Assembly (NCBI GenBank): GCA_964525875.1
Contig: CAZGJS010000013.1
Span: forward strand, 10,254 to 74,253
Direction: 5' to 3'
Origin: an uncultured Eubacteriales bacterium
GTDB taxonomy: Bacteria > Acidobacteriota > Aminicenantia > Aminicenantales > Saccharicenantaceae
DNA length: 64,000 nt
The notes beneath the pieces are model-generated. The model saw only the letters and a program-made list of their open reading frames with translations. It was not told where the DNA came from and made no database searches. Position 1 is the stretch's first letter. The number at the start of each line of letters is the position of its first letter. Below, piece after piece: positions 8,997-17,775 of the stretch. A program made the translations under genes and the position numbers.

Positions 8997-9543
8997 CGTT
9001 CTCCAGCAAAGCTTTGATTTTCCGGCGGGCGTTGAAAAGATAGACACGAGCCGTAGAAGCGGAGCATTCGAGGACCTCGGAGATGTCCCGGGCCGAATAG
9101 CCCTCGTTGGCCCAGAGGCAGAGGGCCGTCCGTTCGCGCGGCGAGAGCCTGGTCAAGAGGGCCGAAGGCAATGGTTTAGGGTCGGCGGGGTGGGGATTTC
9201 CCCCCCGTTCGGCGACGGCCGGCTCGAACCGGGCCCGGGCCGAAAACTCGGAAAAGCGCCGTTTCTTCTTGATCATGTCGAGCGACCTCCTGTAGACGAT
9301 GGTCAGAAGCCAGATCCTGAAATTCCTCATCGGGTCGTAGCGATCGAGATGACGGAAGACCTGGAGGAAGGTCTCCTGGCAGACGTCCTCGGCGTCCTGC
9401 CTGTTGCCGACGACGTTGAGGGCCACGGACATGACCAGGTTCCCGTAAGCCTCGACCATCGCCCGGCTGGAAACGGGGCTCCCCCGCAAACAGCCTTCGA
9501 TGATCTCTTTCTCTTCCACGGCGGGTCTCTTCTGTTCGTCCAT
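8971..9543 (-). CDS. RNA polymerase ECF-type sigma-70 factor
   Basis: Sigma70 region 2 (DAEDVCQETFLQVFRHLDRYD) and region 4 HTH (LSPRERTALCLWANEGYSARDISEVL). Confidence 0.8.
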   Translation of the reverse strand: MDEQKRPAVEEKEIIEGCLRGSPVSSRAMVEAYGNLVMSVALNVVGNRQDAEDVCQETFLQVFRHLDRYDPMRNFRIWLLTIVYRRSLDMIKKKRRFSEFSARARFEPAVAERGGNPHPADPKPLPSALLTRLSPRERTALCLWANEGYSARDISEVLECSASTARVYLFNARRKIKALLENDHGLLQNG

Positions 9544-9712
9544 GCGAGAATACGCCGTCCCCCCGCGGGGCGTTTAGGGGGAAACGGCCCTCCTTACTAT
9601 TCCTACAACTTTCCGCCGCGGGTGTCACCTATGCGGGCCGGAAAGAGGGACAGCCCTCATTCGGGGGGAAGCAAAAATGGCCCCGAATGAGGACAGTCCC
9701 TCTTTTCCGATT

Positions 9713-9741
9713 TTGACAATCTGCGGCATCTTTGTTAAATT
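9713..9741 (+). promoter_or_regulatory. sigma70-like promoter TTGACA-17-TAAATT for PAS-GGDEF gene (near-leaderless)
   Basis: -35 TTGACA 9713-9718, 17-nt spacer, -10 TAAATT 9736-9741; ATG at 9751 only ~10 nt downstream; palindromic GAGGACAGTCCCTC immediately upstream of -35. Confidence 0.4.
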
Positions 9742-9750
9742 CATTCCCAC

Positions 9751-10728
9751 ATGGCCGAGAGACAGCGCAAAAGACCGAAACGGACGCCGCCGGACGCATC
9801 TGCCACGCCCGCCTTCGTGGTCGGCGAAGACCGCTACAAGGCGCTCGTCGAACAGCTCCCCGTCGGCGTCTACCGGACGACCCTCGACGGCATGATCATC
9901 GAGGCCAACGCCGCCCTGGTCCGGATGCTGGGCCACAAGAGGCCTCAGACCCTCTTCAACTGCAACGTCAAGGATTTCTACGTCAGGGGCGAGGACCGCT
10001 CCCGGCTCATCGAGAAATTGTCTTCGCAGCCCATATCGTTCCAGGAGTTCGAGATCCGGCGCGCCGACGGCCGGAGATTCTGGGTTCGCGACTATTGCCG
10101 CGGCGTCAAGGGGCCCGATGGGTCGATCCACCATCTCGACGGCATCCTCGTCGACATCACCGAGAGGAAAACGACGGATAGGAAGCTCAAGCTCACCCTA
10201 CGCAAGCTCCGATTGACCAACGAAAAGTACGAAAACCTGTCCCTGACCGACCATCTCACCGACCTCCATAACCGCCGGGGCTTCTTCACATTCGGCCTCC
10301 AGCAGATGAAGATCGCCAAGCGCCTCAAGGAAGACAATTACCTGCTCTTTCTCGATATCGACAACCTCAAAGAGGTCAACGACGCGCACGGCCACGCGGT
10401 CGGGGACCAGCTCCTGCAGGGCGTCGCGACCATCCTCAAGAACACGCTCCGGGAATCCGATGTCATCGGCCGGATCGGCGGGGACGAGTTCGCCGTCCTG
10501 GCCATGCGCTCTAAGGGCCTAGGCGAGCGGGCCCTCCTCGCCCGGATCGAGGATGGCGTCCAGAGGTTCCGCTTGAAAAAGTTCGGGCACCTGCGCCTGT
10601 CCGTGAGCATGGGCTTGGTCCGCGTCGACCCCCAGAAATACCAGCAGCTCGACGATTTCCTGGCCCATGCCGATTTCCTGATGTATCAACAGAAAAGAAG
10701 CAAGGAAAGACTAGCGAACCAGCCATAA
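9751..10728 (+). CDS. PAS-domain diguanylate cyclase (GGDEF)
   Basis: PAS-like N-terminus; intact GGDEF active site RIGGDEFAVL; I-site-like RESD upstream. Confidence 0.8.
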   Translation: MAERQRKRPKRTPPDASATPAFVVGEDRYKALVEQLPVGVYRTTLDGMIIEANAALVRMLGHKRPQTLFNCNVKDFYVRGEDRSRLIEKLSSQPISFQEFEIRRADGRRFWVRDYCRGVKGPDGSIHHLDGILVDITERKTTDRKLKLTLRKLRLTNEKYENLSLTDHLTDLHNRRGFFTFGLQQMKIAKRLKEDNYLLFLDIDNLKEVNDAHGHAVGDQLLQGVATILKNTLRESDVIGRIGGDEFAVLAMRSKGLGERALLARIEDGVQRFRLKKFGHLRLSVSMGLVRVDPQKYQQLDDFLAHADFLMYQQKRSKERLANQP

Positions 10729-11113
10729 TAAGGCCGGCCGAGAAAGCCGAGAATAAGTAAATTTTGAAGGGACGGGGGAGGCTCCGGGCCGCTGACACGG
10801 AGTTGAGCCCCGCCGCGTTTCCGCGGTTTCCTGGAAAGCGGCGCCTGAAACCGGACTCTTTTGGGGTTTAAAAGAAGGCTGGCTGGCGAGGCGCCAAGGT
10901 TTCAAAGGAAAAGGAAGCGGGGCTAAGGAGGATCCCTCTCCAGCCAGCGGTTTTATTATAGGTGAGGCCTTTCTCGCTTGTCAATCTCAAATTGTGTTGT
11001 TTACGAAATATTTGTTCGCCGGCGGAAGCCGGGCGCAAGGGAAGCTCCTTGATTTTATGGCGGTTCAATGTATACTATTTATATAGGGTTTATACAAAAC
11101 AGGAAACACCTAA

Positions 11114-12145
11114 ATGCGCACCAGCGTCAAGATAGCCATCCTCGCCTTGGCGACCTTCCTGAGCCTGACCGGGTGGAGGGGCATCAACGCCCTGCTCGGC
11201 CGGGACGCGCCGAGGACGGCAGCCTTCGCTTCGGGAGGACAAGACATGCCTAACAAGGTCAAAAAGACGGATAAGGAATGGAAGGCCGCGCTCACGCCGG
11301 AGCAGTACGACGTCATGCGCAAGTGCAGCACGGAGGAGCCCTTCACCGGAAAGTACAACGACTTCTGGGAGAAGGGCGTCTACATCTGCGCCGGATGTGG
11401 AACGCCTCTTTTCCTTTCCGACGCGAAATACGAGCACCGCACGGGCTGGCCGAGCTTCGCGGCTCCCGTGGAAGAGAAGAGCTTCGAATACCGCGACGAC
11501 TATTCCCTGCTGACAAAGCGCATCGAGGTCCGCTGCGCGGGCTGCGGCGCCCACCTGGGCCATATCTTCGACGACGGTCCGGCGCCGACGTTCCTCCACT
11601 ACTGCATCAACTCCGCGGCCCTGGATTTCAAGCCCGAAGCGCAAGCAAATGCCGCGGGCCGGGAGACGGCGGCCGCGGCGACGGAAACGGCGACCTTCGC
11701 GGCCGGCTGTTTCTGGGGCGTGGAACACAAGCTGGGAAAGGTTCCCGGGGTCGTCTCCACTGTCGTCGGCTACACCGGGGGGAAGACCGTCAACCCGACC
11801 TACGAGGAGATCTGCACGGATAGGACGGGTCATGCCGAGTCCGTCCAGGTGACTTTCGATACGAACCGTATCAGCTACGCCGAGCTCGTCCGCCAATTCT
11901 TCGGGATCCACGACCCGACGCAGGTCGATCGCCAGGGGCCCGATCACGGCACCCAATACCGGTCGGCCATCTTCTTCCACGGCGAAGCCCAGAGGGAGAC
12001 GGCCCGTCGCGTGATGGATGAGGTCGAAAAATCGGGTCAATACAAAAAACGACTGGCCACGGAGCTCGTCCCGGCGTCGGCCTTCTACAAGGCAGAAGAA
12101 TACCACCAAAAATACTTCGAAAAGCACGGCGTCGTCTGTTATTGA
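11114..12145 (+). CDS. msrAB: bifunctional peptide methionine sulfoxide reductase MsrB-MsrA, secreted
   Basis: Signal peptide; MsrB zinc CxxC pairs (CAGCGTPLF...CAGCGAHLGHIF, RTGWPSF) followed by MsrA motif GCFWGVE. Confidence 0.85.
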   Translation: MRTSVKIAILALATFLSLTGWRGINALLGRDAPRTAAFASGGQDMPNKVKKTDKEWKAALTPEQYDVMRKCSTEEPFTGKYNDFWEKGVYICAGCGTPLFLSDAKYEHRTGWPSFAAPVEEKSFEYRDDYSLLTKRIEVRCAGCGAHLGHIFDDGPAPTFLHYCINSAALDFKPEAQANAAGRETAAAATETATFAAGCFWGVEHKLGKVPGVVSTVVGYTGGKTVNPTYEEICTDRTGHAESVQVTFDTNRISYAELVRQFFGIHDPTQVDRQGPDHGTQYRSAIFFHGEAQRETARRVMDEVEKSGQYKKRLATELVPASAFYKAEEYHQKYFEKHGVVCY

Positions 12146-12378
12146 AGCTCATTGGGTTAGCCATAAAACGGTGTCCTCTTTACAAGACAGTCCGCACTCC
12201 ACCCTGAACGGCCTCATCGAGGCCCCCCTGGCGGAAACTTCTGGCACGAATCTTGAAGTGGGAACGAATGACCAGGAGGATAGGATGAACAGGGCAGAAA
12301 TCAAGGCCGCTATCAGGGGCGAAAGGCCTGAACGGGCCGGTATTGGCCTGGAAAAGGGCGGAAATGTAAAGTTTTTTA

Positions 12379-12407
12379 TTGACAAGGCCAGCCGGATATT
12401 GTATTCT
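12379..12407 (+). promoter_or_regulatory. sigma70-like promoter TTGACA-17-TATTCT in long rpoD leader
   Basis: -35 TTGACA 12379-12384, spacer 17, -10 TATTCT 12402-12407, A/T-rich UP-like tract upstream; ~170 nt 5'UTR before rpoD. Confidence 0.4.
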
Positions 12408-12575
12408 GCACACTTCATTTTCGACGGTCCCGCCCTCAGGGGGTGAAACGATTCCGGCCTCGGCTCCGTTGGAAGAACTGGAGTCAAGGGCTAGAAAAAA
12501 TGAAAAAAAGGCTTTACTTTTGGAACGAAAAGCTTATTATTATAGTAATCCTATCATAATAGTAATTTACAGGAG

Positions 12576-14024
12576 ATGACCATGGCTTCTCAATTCAAAT
12601 ACAAGAGCGAAGAGATCCTTCAGCTGATCCCAAGGACGCCCGGGGGCAAGCTCTTTTCGGACGAAGAGGAGACGTTCCCGGCAGCCGACGCCGGCGTCCT
12701 CGGGGCGCGGCTGGTGGAGCCGAAAAACGGCAACGGCGGGAACGGCAAGGGCCTGAACTCCCCGGAGGACATCGAGCAGACCGCCGACCTGGTCAAGATC
12801 TATCTCCGGGAAATGGGCAGCATCCTGCTCCTCTCCAGGGACCAGGAGATCCAGCTCGCCCGGAGGATGGAGCGCGGCGAAAAGGCCATCCGCAAGGCTT
12901 TGGTCAGGACCCCGTTCACGCTCGAGGAGATCTTGTCGCTCGAAACAATGCTGAAGAAGAACCCAGAATCCTTCGCCAAGCACTTCAACACCCCGGAAGA
13001 GGAATACTCCGAGGAAGGTCTTGAGGCCAGGAGACTCGATGTCCTGGACAGGATTCATAGGATACGGACGCTAAGCAGCCGGCTCCGGTCGATCCGGCCT
13101 CTCGTCCGCAACCGTTTCTCCCGGGGCCGTCTCGTCGTCCGGATCATCCGTTTGGCCCGGGAGCTCGAGATCAAACCGGAGTATCAGGATAGGATCGTCC
13201 AGTCCGTCCAGGTCCGCCTGAAGGAGGACATCAAGCGGGCGTCCAAGCAGGCCCGCAAGGACGACAGGGCTATCCTCCAGGCCATCCAGTCCGGGCGACG
13301 GGCCCGGGAGAGGGCCAAGGGCGACCTCGTTTCGGCCAACCTGCGGCTCGTCGTTTCGATCGCCAAGAAATATCAGGGCCGGGGCCTCCAGCTCCTCGAC
13401 CTCATCCAGGAAGGGAACATCGGACTGATGCGGGCCGCCGAAAAGTTCGATTACCGGAGGGGTCACAAGTTCTCGACCTACGCGACGTGGTGGATCCGCC
13501 AGTCCATCACCCGGGCCATCGCCGACCAGGGCCGGACGATCCGCATCCCGGTCCACTTAACGGAAACCATCCACCGGCTCAAGAAGATATCCCAGACGTC
13601 CGTCCAGGAGGATGGGAAGATGCCCAACCCCGACGAGCTCGCCCGCAGGATGAACCTCCCCGTCAACAAGGTCCTGGAGATGCTCTACTCCTCCCAGGAT
13701 CCCGTCTCCATCGAGACGCCTCTCGGGGAGAACGGCGAGGGCTCGCTCGGCGACCTCCTGGAGGACAAGTCCTTCCCCTCCCCTCCCGACACCGTCATCC
13801 ACATCAACCTCCGCGAGCAGATCGAAGCTGCGCTGCGCACTCTGCCCGAGCGGGAGACTTTGGTCCTGAGGATGAGATACGGCCTCGGGGACGGCCGCGA
13901 GTACACGCTCGAAGAGGTCGGCCAGCATTTCAAGCTGACCCGGGAGAGGATCCGCCAGATCGAGCTGAAGGCCCTCAAGGCCCTTCAGCTCTCGCCCCCC
14001 GGCCAGAAGTTAAAGTCCTTCTGA
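12576..14024 (+). CDS. rpoD: RNA polymerase sigma factor, sigma-70 family group 1 (RpoD-like)
   Basis: Regions 1.2 ([11 protein letters not shown]), 2.x ([41 protein letters not shown]), 3 and 4.2 ([21 protein letters not shown]); RBS AGGAG. Confidence 0.8.
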   Translation: MTMASQFKYKSEEILQLIPRTPGGKLFSDEEETFPAADAGVLGARLVEPKNGNGGNGKGLNSPEDIEQTADLVKIYLREMGSILLLSRDQEIQLARRMERGEKAIRKALVRTPFTLEEILSLETMLKKNPESFAKHFNTPEEEYSEEGLEARRLDVLDRIHRIRTLSSRLRSIRPLVRNRFSRGRLVVRIIRLARELEIKPEYQDRIVQSVQVRLKEDIKRASKQARKDDRAILQAIQSGRRARERAKGDLVSANLRLVVSIAKKYQGRGLQLLDLIQEGNIGLMRAAEKFDYRRGHKFSTYATWWIRQSITRAIADQGRTIRIPVHLTETIHRLKKISQTSVQEDGKMPNPDELARRMNLPVNKVLEMLYSSQDPVSIETPLGENGEGSLGDLLEDKSFPSPPDTVIHINLREQIEAALRTLPERETLVLRMRYGLGDGREYTLEEVGQHFKLTRERIRQIELKALKALQLSPPGQKLKSF

Positions 14025-14056
14025 CCGGCCGCCTGAGCCCCCCCGTTCGCGAAGCG

Positions 14057-14965
14057 CTACGCTCTCAGATGGATGAGGGCCTGCATGGCGGCCACGCATC
14101 CTTCGCCGGCGGCGGCGACGACTTGGAGCCCGCCGCAGGTGACGTCCCCCGCGGCGAAGACGCCGGGGATGTTGGTCCGCTGGAACCGGTCCACGGCGAC
14201 GCACTGCTTGTGGTCGAGGACGAGCCCGGCCCGCTCAAAGAGCGGTCCGGCCGGGATCTCGCGGAATAAGAAGACGGCCGAAACCGGGACGGTTTCCGCC
14301 CCGGTCGCGCTCTCCACGAGGACGGCTTCCACCCGTTCGACGCCGCGGATCTCCTTGATCTTCCCGTCCCTGCGGATGGAGACCCCTTTTTCCTCGAGGG
14401 CCCGGACGGCCGGCGAGTCCAGCCCGCCGGGTTTCCCCGGCACCCAGAGGACCCGGCAGCCCATCGCCTGGAGGGCGCCGACCTCCTCCAGGGCCGCTTC
14501 GGAATGCCCGACCGCGGCGACCGTCGCGCCCCGGAAAAGCGGCCCGTCGCATGTGGCGCAGTAGCTGACGCCCTGCCCGAGGAGCCGGTCCTCTCCGCCG
14601 ATCAGGCGCTCCTTGGGCATGGGTTTCCCCATGGCCAGAATGACCGCGCCGGACTCGATCACGGCGTCCTTGGTCGTGACGTACTTCCGGTCGCCGTCGA
14701 GGGCGAAGGCGATGGCGTCGCCGGAGACGACCTCGGCCCCGAAGGACAAGGCCTGGCCTCGGAAGATGTCCAGGAGCTCCCGGCTGTCGATCGAGGGGAA
14801 GCCGGGATAATTCTCGAGCTTATAGTTGATCCCCAATCGGGAAGGTCCGCTCCCCTCGAGGATGAGGGCCTTCTTCCCGGCCCGGGCGGCGTAAATCCCC
14901 GCGGTCAGCCCGGCCGGCCCGGCCCCGACGATGAGGATATCCGTCTTGAGCGACTTGATGCTCAT
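14057..14965 (-). CDS. trxB: thioredoxin-disulfide reductase
   Basis: Redox-active CATCDG motif, two Rossmann folds (GAGPAG, GGG...); 302 aa. Confidence 0.85.
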   Translation of the reverse strand: MSIKSLKTDILIVGAGPAGLTAGIYAARAGKKALILEGSGPSRLGINYKLENYPGFPSIDSRELLDIFRGQALSFGAEVVSGDAIAFALDGDRKYVTTKDAVIESGAVILAMGKPMPKERLIGGEDRLLGQGVSYCATCDGPLFRGATVAAVGHSEAALEEVGALQAMGCRVLWVPGKPGGLDSPAVRALEEKGVSIRRDGKIKEIRGVERVEAVLVESATGAETVPVSAVFLFREIPAGPLFERAGLVLDHKQCVAVDRFQRTNIPGVFAAGDVTCGGLQVVAAAGEGCVAAMQALIHLRA

Positions 14966-14990
14966 GGCTTATCGGACATTCCCGGCGCCG

Positions 14991-15434
14991 TCAGTCGACG
15001 AGCCGGCCGCTGTCGGCGACCTTCCATACGTTCTCGTGCAGGATGTAAAGGACGGTCCGCCGGATCTCCCGGTTGTCCTCCCCCTTGATCCAGATGTCCA
15101 CGACGGCCCAATCCTCGAGGCCCTTGAACGTCATTTCCAGGACGGGGACGCCGGCCCCGACGAGCTTCGAGCCGCGGAATTTTTTGAGGACCGCGGCGTT
15201 CCGGCCGTAGTTGCGGAACTGGAAGGGCAGAAGGCCTTTCTCTTCGTAATCGGTCTTGATGGACTGCTCGAGCTCGGTCGCGGGCTGGTAATAGGCGTCC
15301 AGCGTCGTCCAAGCGAAGTCCTTGGTCGGGTCCGCGCCGGACCCCGATCCCGACCCCTTGACCAGGAAATAGACGCCCGCGGCGACGGCGTCGATGAGCA
15401 GGAAGATGAGCAGCAGGCGCAGCGGTTTACTCAT
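14991..15434 (-). CDS. hypothetical secreted/membrane-anchored protein (DUF4864-like)
   Basis: ATG 15434 (MSKPLRLLLIFLL signal/TM) chosen over the longer upstream ORF; 8-nt overlap with upstream regulator gene. Confidence 0.4.
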   Translation of the reverse strand: MSKPLRLLLIFLLIDAVAAGVYFLVKGSGSGSGADPTKDFAWTTLDAYYQPATELEQSIKTDYEEKGLLPFQFRNYGRNAAVLKKFRGSKLVGAGVPVLEMTFKGLEDWAVVDIWIKGEDNREIRRTVLYILHENVWKVADSGRLVD

Positions 15435-16518
15435 CGGACCTTCCTTTCGCCGGCGGCGCCGGCGCGTGGTCGCCCCTGGACTTCTCGAGTGCGGCGGCCT
15501 CGGCGAGGAGCAACCGGTAGCGGTCGGAAGGTATGGCCCGGGATTTCCGGAAGAGCGTTCGCGCCCGGCGCTCCTCCTGACCGGAGAGGCCGCCGAATAC
15601 CTCCTGCTCCCGGTCCTCCGGATTGCGTTTGAAGAACTCCTCAAACTTCGCCTCCGGGAGATGGCCTCGGCCGCGAAGGGTCCGCAGCATGGCCCGCGTG
15701 CTCACGCCGAAGTACCTCTTGAGGAACAGCACGTCGTCGAACCCCAGGCTCTTCGAGCGGATGTCTTTTTCGATGAGCTCCCGGAGCTTGGCCGGCGGGA
15801 CCAGGAAACGGGAGGCGAAGATCTGGGCGAACTGCTCCCGCGGCGGATAGAGGGAAACGTACTCGTCGACGACGACGTCGGAGTTGTCGATGATCGGGCT
15901 GTCGTCCCTGTCCATGAGGTAATGGCCGTAGAGGTGGGCGGCGATGAAGGTCTGGAGCCCGGGCGGCTCGCTGGCGTTGACCAGGGCGAAGGCGGCCTTT
16001 TTCTCGGCGTCGAACACGAAGACCCCGGCGATCCGGGCTTCCTCGGGAAGCGTCTGGCGGACGATCCGGCAGCCGTTGACCTCGCAGAGGGCCAGGACGT
16101 CGCGGATCGGTTCGTTGCCGAGACCCAGTCGGCGTCTTTCCTCCTCGGCCAGGCGTTCCGGGGAGATCCGGGAGTACTGGGGGGCGAGGTCGAGCCGGCG
16201 GCCCGTCTGTTCCTCGAGCAGGAGGTATTTTTCACAGGTCGTCCGGAACTTCTGGAGGTCCTTCCTGACCCGCTCGTCCGCGAACCCGGGGGCGAACAGG
16301 CTTTCGAACGCCGACCTCTTCTCTTCGAAGAAATAGGCGACGTTCTTGTTCAGGAACCCGGCGATCTTGAGGAGGGTCTCGAAGCTCGGCGTCCTCTTGC
16401 CGGACTCGAGGAGCGAGATGTATTCCGAAGACAGGCCCAGGGCCTTGGCGAACGAGCCTTGGCTGAGGTTGACCTCTTCGCGGGCCCGCTTGAGTCTTGT
16501 CCCGAGAAGCTTGTCCAT
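15427..16518 (-). CDS. XRE-family HTH transcriptional regulator fused to ImmA/IrrE-like (DUF955) metallopeptidase domain
   Basis: N-terminal Cro/C1 HTH (LSQGSFAKALGLSSEYISLLESGKRTPS); C-terminal COG2856-like domain (AAHLYGHYLMD). Confidence 0.6.
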   Translation of the reverse strand: MDKLLGTRLKRAREEVNLSQGSFAKALGLSSEYISLLESGKRTPSFETLLKIAGFLNKNVAYFFEEKRSAFESLFAPGFADERVRKDLQKFRTTCEKYLLLEEQTGRRLDLAPQYSRISPERLAEEERRRLGLGNEPIRDVLALCEVNGCRIVRQTLPEEARIAGVFVFDAEKKAAFALVNASEPPGLQTFIAAHLYGHYLMDRDDSPIIDNSDVVVDEYVSLYPPREQFAQIFASRFLVPPAKLRELIEKDIRSKSLGFDDVLFLKRYFGVSTRAMLRTLRGRGHLPEAKFEEFFKRNPEDREQEVFGGLSGQEERRARTLFRKSRAIPSDRYRLLLAEAAALEKSRGDHAPAPPAKGRSDE

Positions 16519-16713
16519 GACGGCGCACCCCTGGGCAGCGCCGGTAGGATAACACGCGGTTAGCGGTGTGTCAAACCCTCATGCTCCCCGCATAAATGCC
16601 GGGGCTCGTTCGGGTTTAACCCTGAGCCTCGCTTCGCGCATAACGTCCCCGCTTTGAAAGACCGCGCTCAGCGCCGGCGAACGGGTCAACCGGCCGGAAT
16701 GCCAAAAAAAGGA

Positions 16714-16741
16714 TTGACAAATCCCGGGGGGGATTTAGAAT
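16714..16741 (+). promoter_or_regulatory. sigma70-like promoter TTGACA-16-TAGAAT upstream of 16765 gene
   Basis: -35 TTGACA 16714-16719, spacer 16 containing G7 tract, -10 TAGAAT 16736-16741. Confidence 0.4.
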
Positions 16742-16764
16742 GAGAAAGCAAATAAGGAAAAACC

Positions 16765-17718
16765 ATGTCCGAAAAGAATATCCTCGAAATCTTCCGGGGA
16801 GCCACTAAGAATCTCTGCAACAGCGTCCTCAACCAGGTGCAGGACGCTGTCGTCTGGCTGGACAAGGACAGGAAGGTCGTCTACTGGAACAAGGCGGCCG
16901 AGCAGATGTCGGGGATCGAAGGCGCTCATATCCTGGGGAGGGCCTGCTTCGAGGAGCCGGCCCTGTTCGTGGATTTCGGCGGCGTCAACGTCTGCCGGGA
17001 CAAGTGTCCCGTCGCCATGACCCTCAAGGACGGCGCGCCGCGAGCGCTCGACATCTATCTCCAGCACAAAAAAGGGTTCCGCATGCCGGCGTCCCTTAGG
17101 ATCATCCCTGTGCTCAAGGAGGACGGCGAGATCATCGGGGCCGTCGAAATGTTCACCAGCACCTCGCCGAAGGTCACCCTGCCCCTCAACCTGGCGGAGC
17201 TCGAGAAAATGGGCCTCGTCGAGACCGAGACGGGCATCCCCTCCAAGCCGTACCTGGACATGACGCTGAACACCCGCTTGGAGGAATTTCAAAAGTACGG
17301 CCTGCCGTTCGGGCTGATCTACGTCGACCTCGACAATTACGGCAAGATCCTCGAGAAGTACGGCCGTTTCAACGCCAGCAAGATCGTCCGGACCGTCGCC
17401 CGGACCCTGCACAAGAACATCCGCTTTTTCGACATCGTCGGCCGCTGGGACACCGAGGAATTCCTGGTCGTCCTCCTCAACATCGACGACAGCCGGCTGG
17501 ACATCGTCGCCAACAAGCTCCGCCTCCTCATCGCCGAATCCTACATCACGACCGAGACGGGGATGCTCAACGCCACGGTGTCCATGGGCGCCAGCATCGT
17601 CCTCCGCTACGACACGGTCGAATCCCTCATCAAGCGCGGCGAACAGCTCATGATGCACAGCAAGTGGCTGGGCAAGAACCGCGTCAGCATGAGCTTCATC
17701 CAGAAAGAGATGAACTGA
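16765..17718 (+). CDS. PAS-domain protein with degenerate GGDEF domain (GRWDTEEF; probably catalytically inactive)
   Basis: PAS N-terminus; GGDEF-fold C-terminus with active-site motif replaced by RWDTEEF; lower GC than flanks. Confidence 0.6.
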   Translation: MSEKNILEIFRGATKNLCNSVLNQVQDAVVWLDKDRKVVYWNKAAEQMSGIEGAHILGRACFEEPALFVDFGGVNVCRDKCPVAMTLKDGAPRALDIYLQHKKGFRMPASLRIIPVLKEDGEIIGAVEMFTSTSPKVTLPLNLAELEKMGLVETETGIPSKPYLDMTLNTRLEEFQKYGLPFGLIYVDLDNYGKILEKYGRFNASKIVRTVARTLHKNIRFFDIVGRWDTEEFLVVLLNIDDSRLDIVANKLRLLIAESYITTETGMLNATVSMGASIVLRYDTVESLIKRGEQLMMHSKWLGKNRVSMSFIQKEMN

Positions 17719-17775
17719 ACAGAGGCCCCCTTCTCCGGGGGGGTGCGGAAAAGGGGGCGAAGACAGAAAGGAGGG

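Noticed and set aside
12018-12446. 142-aa ORF in the rpoD leader
   Set aside because: The translation is low-complexity, with no RBS. It overlaps the predicted promoter. The region is better explained as a non-coding leader.
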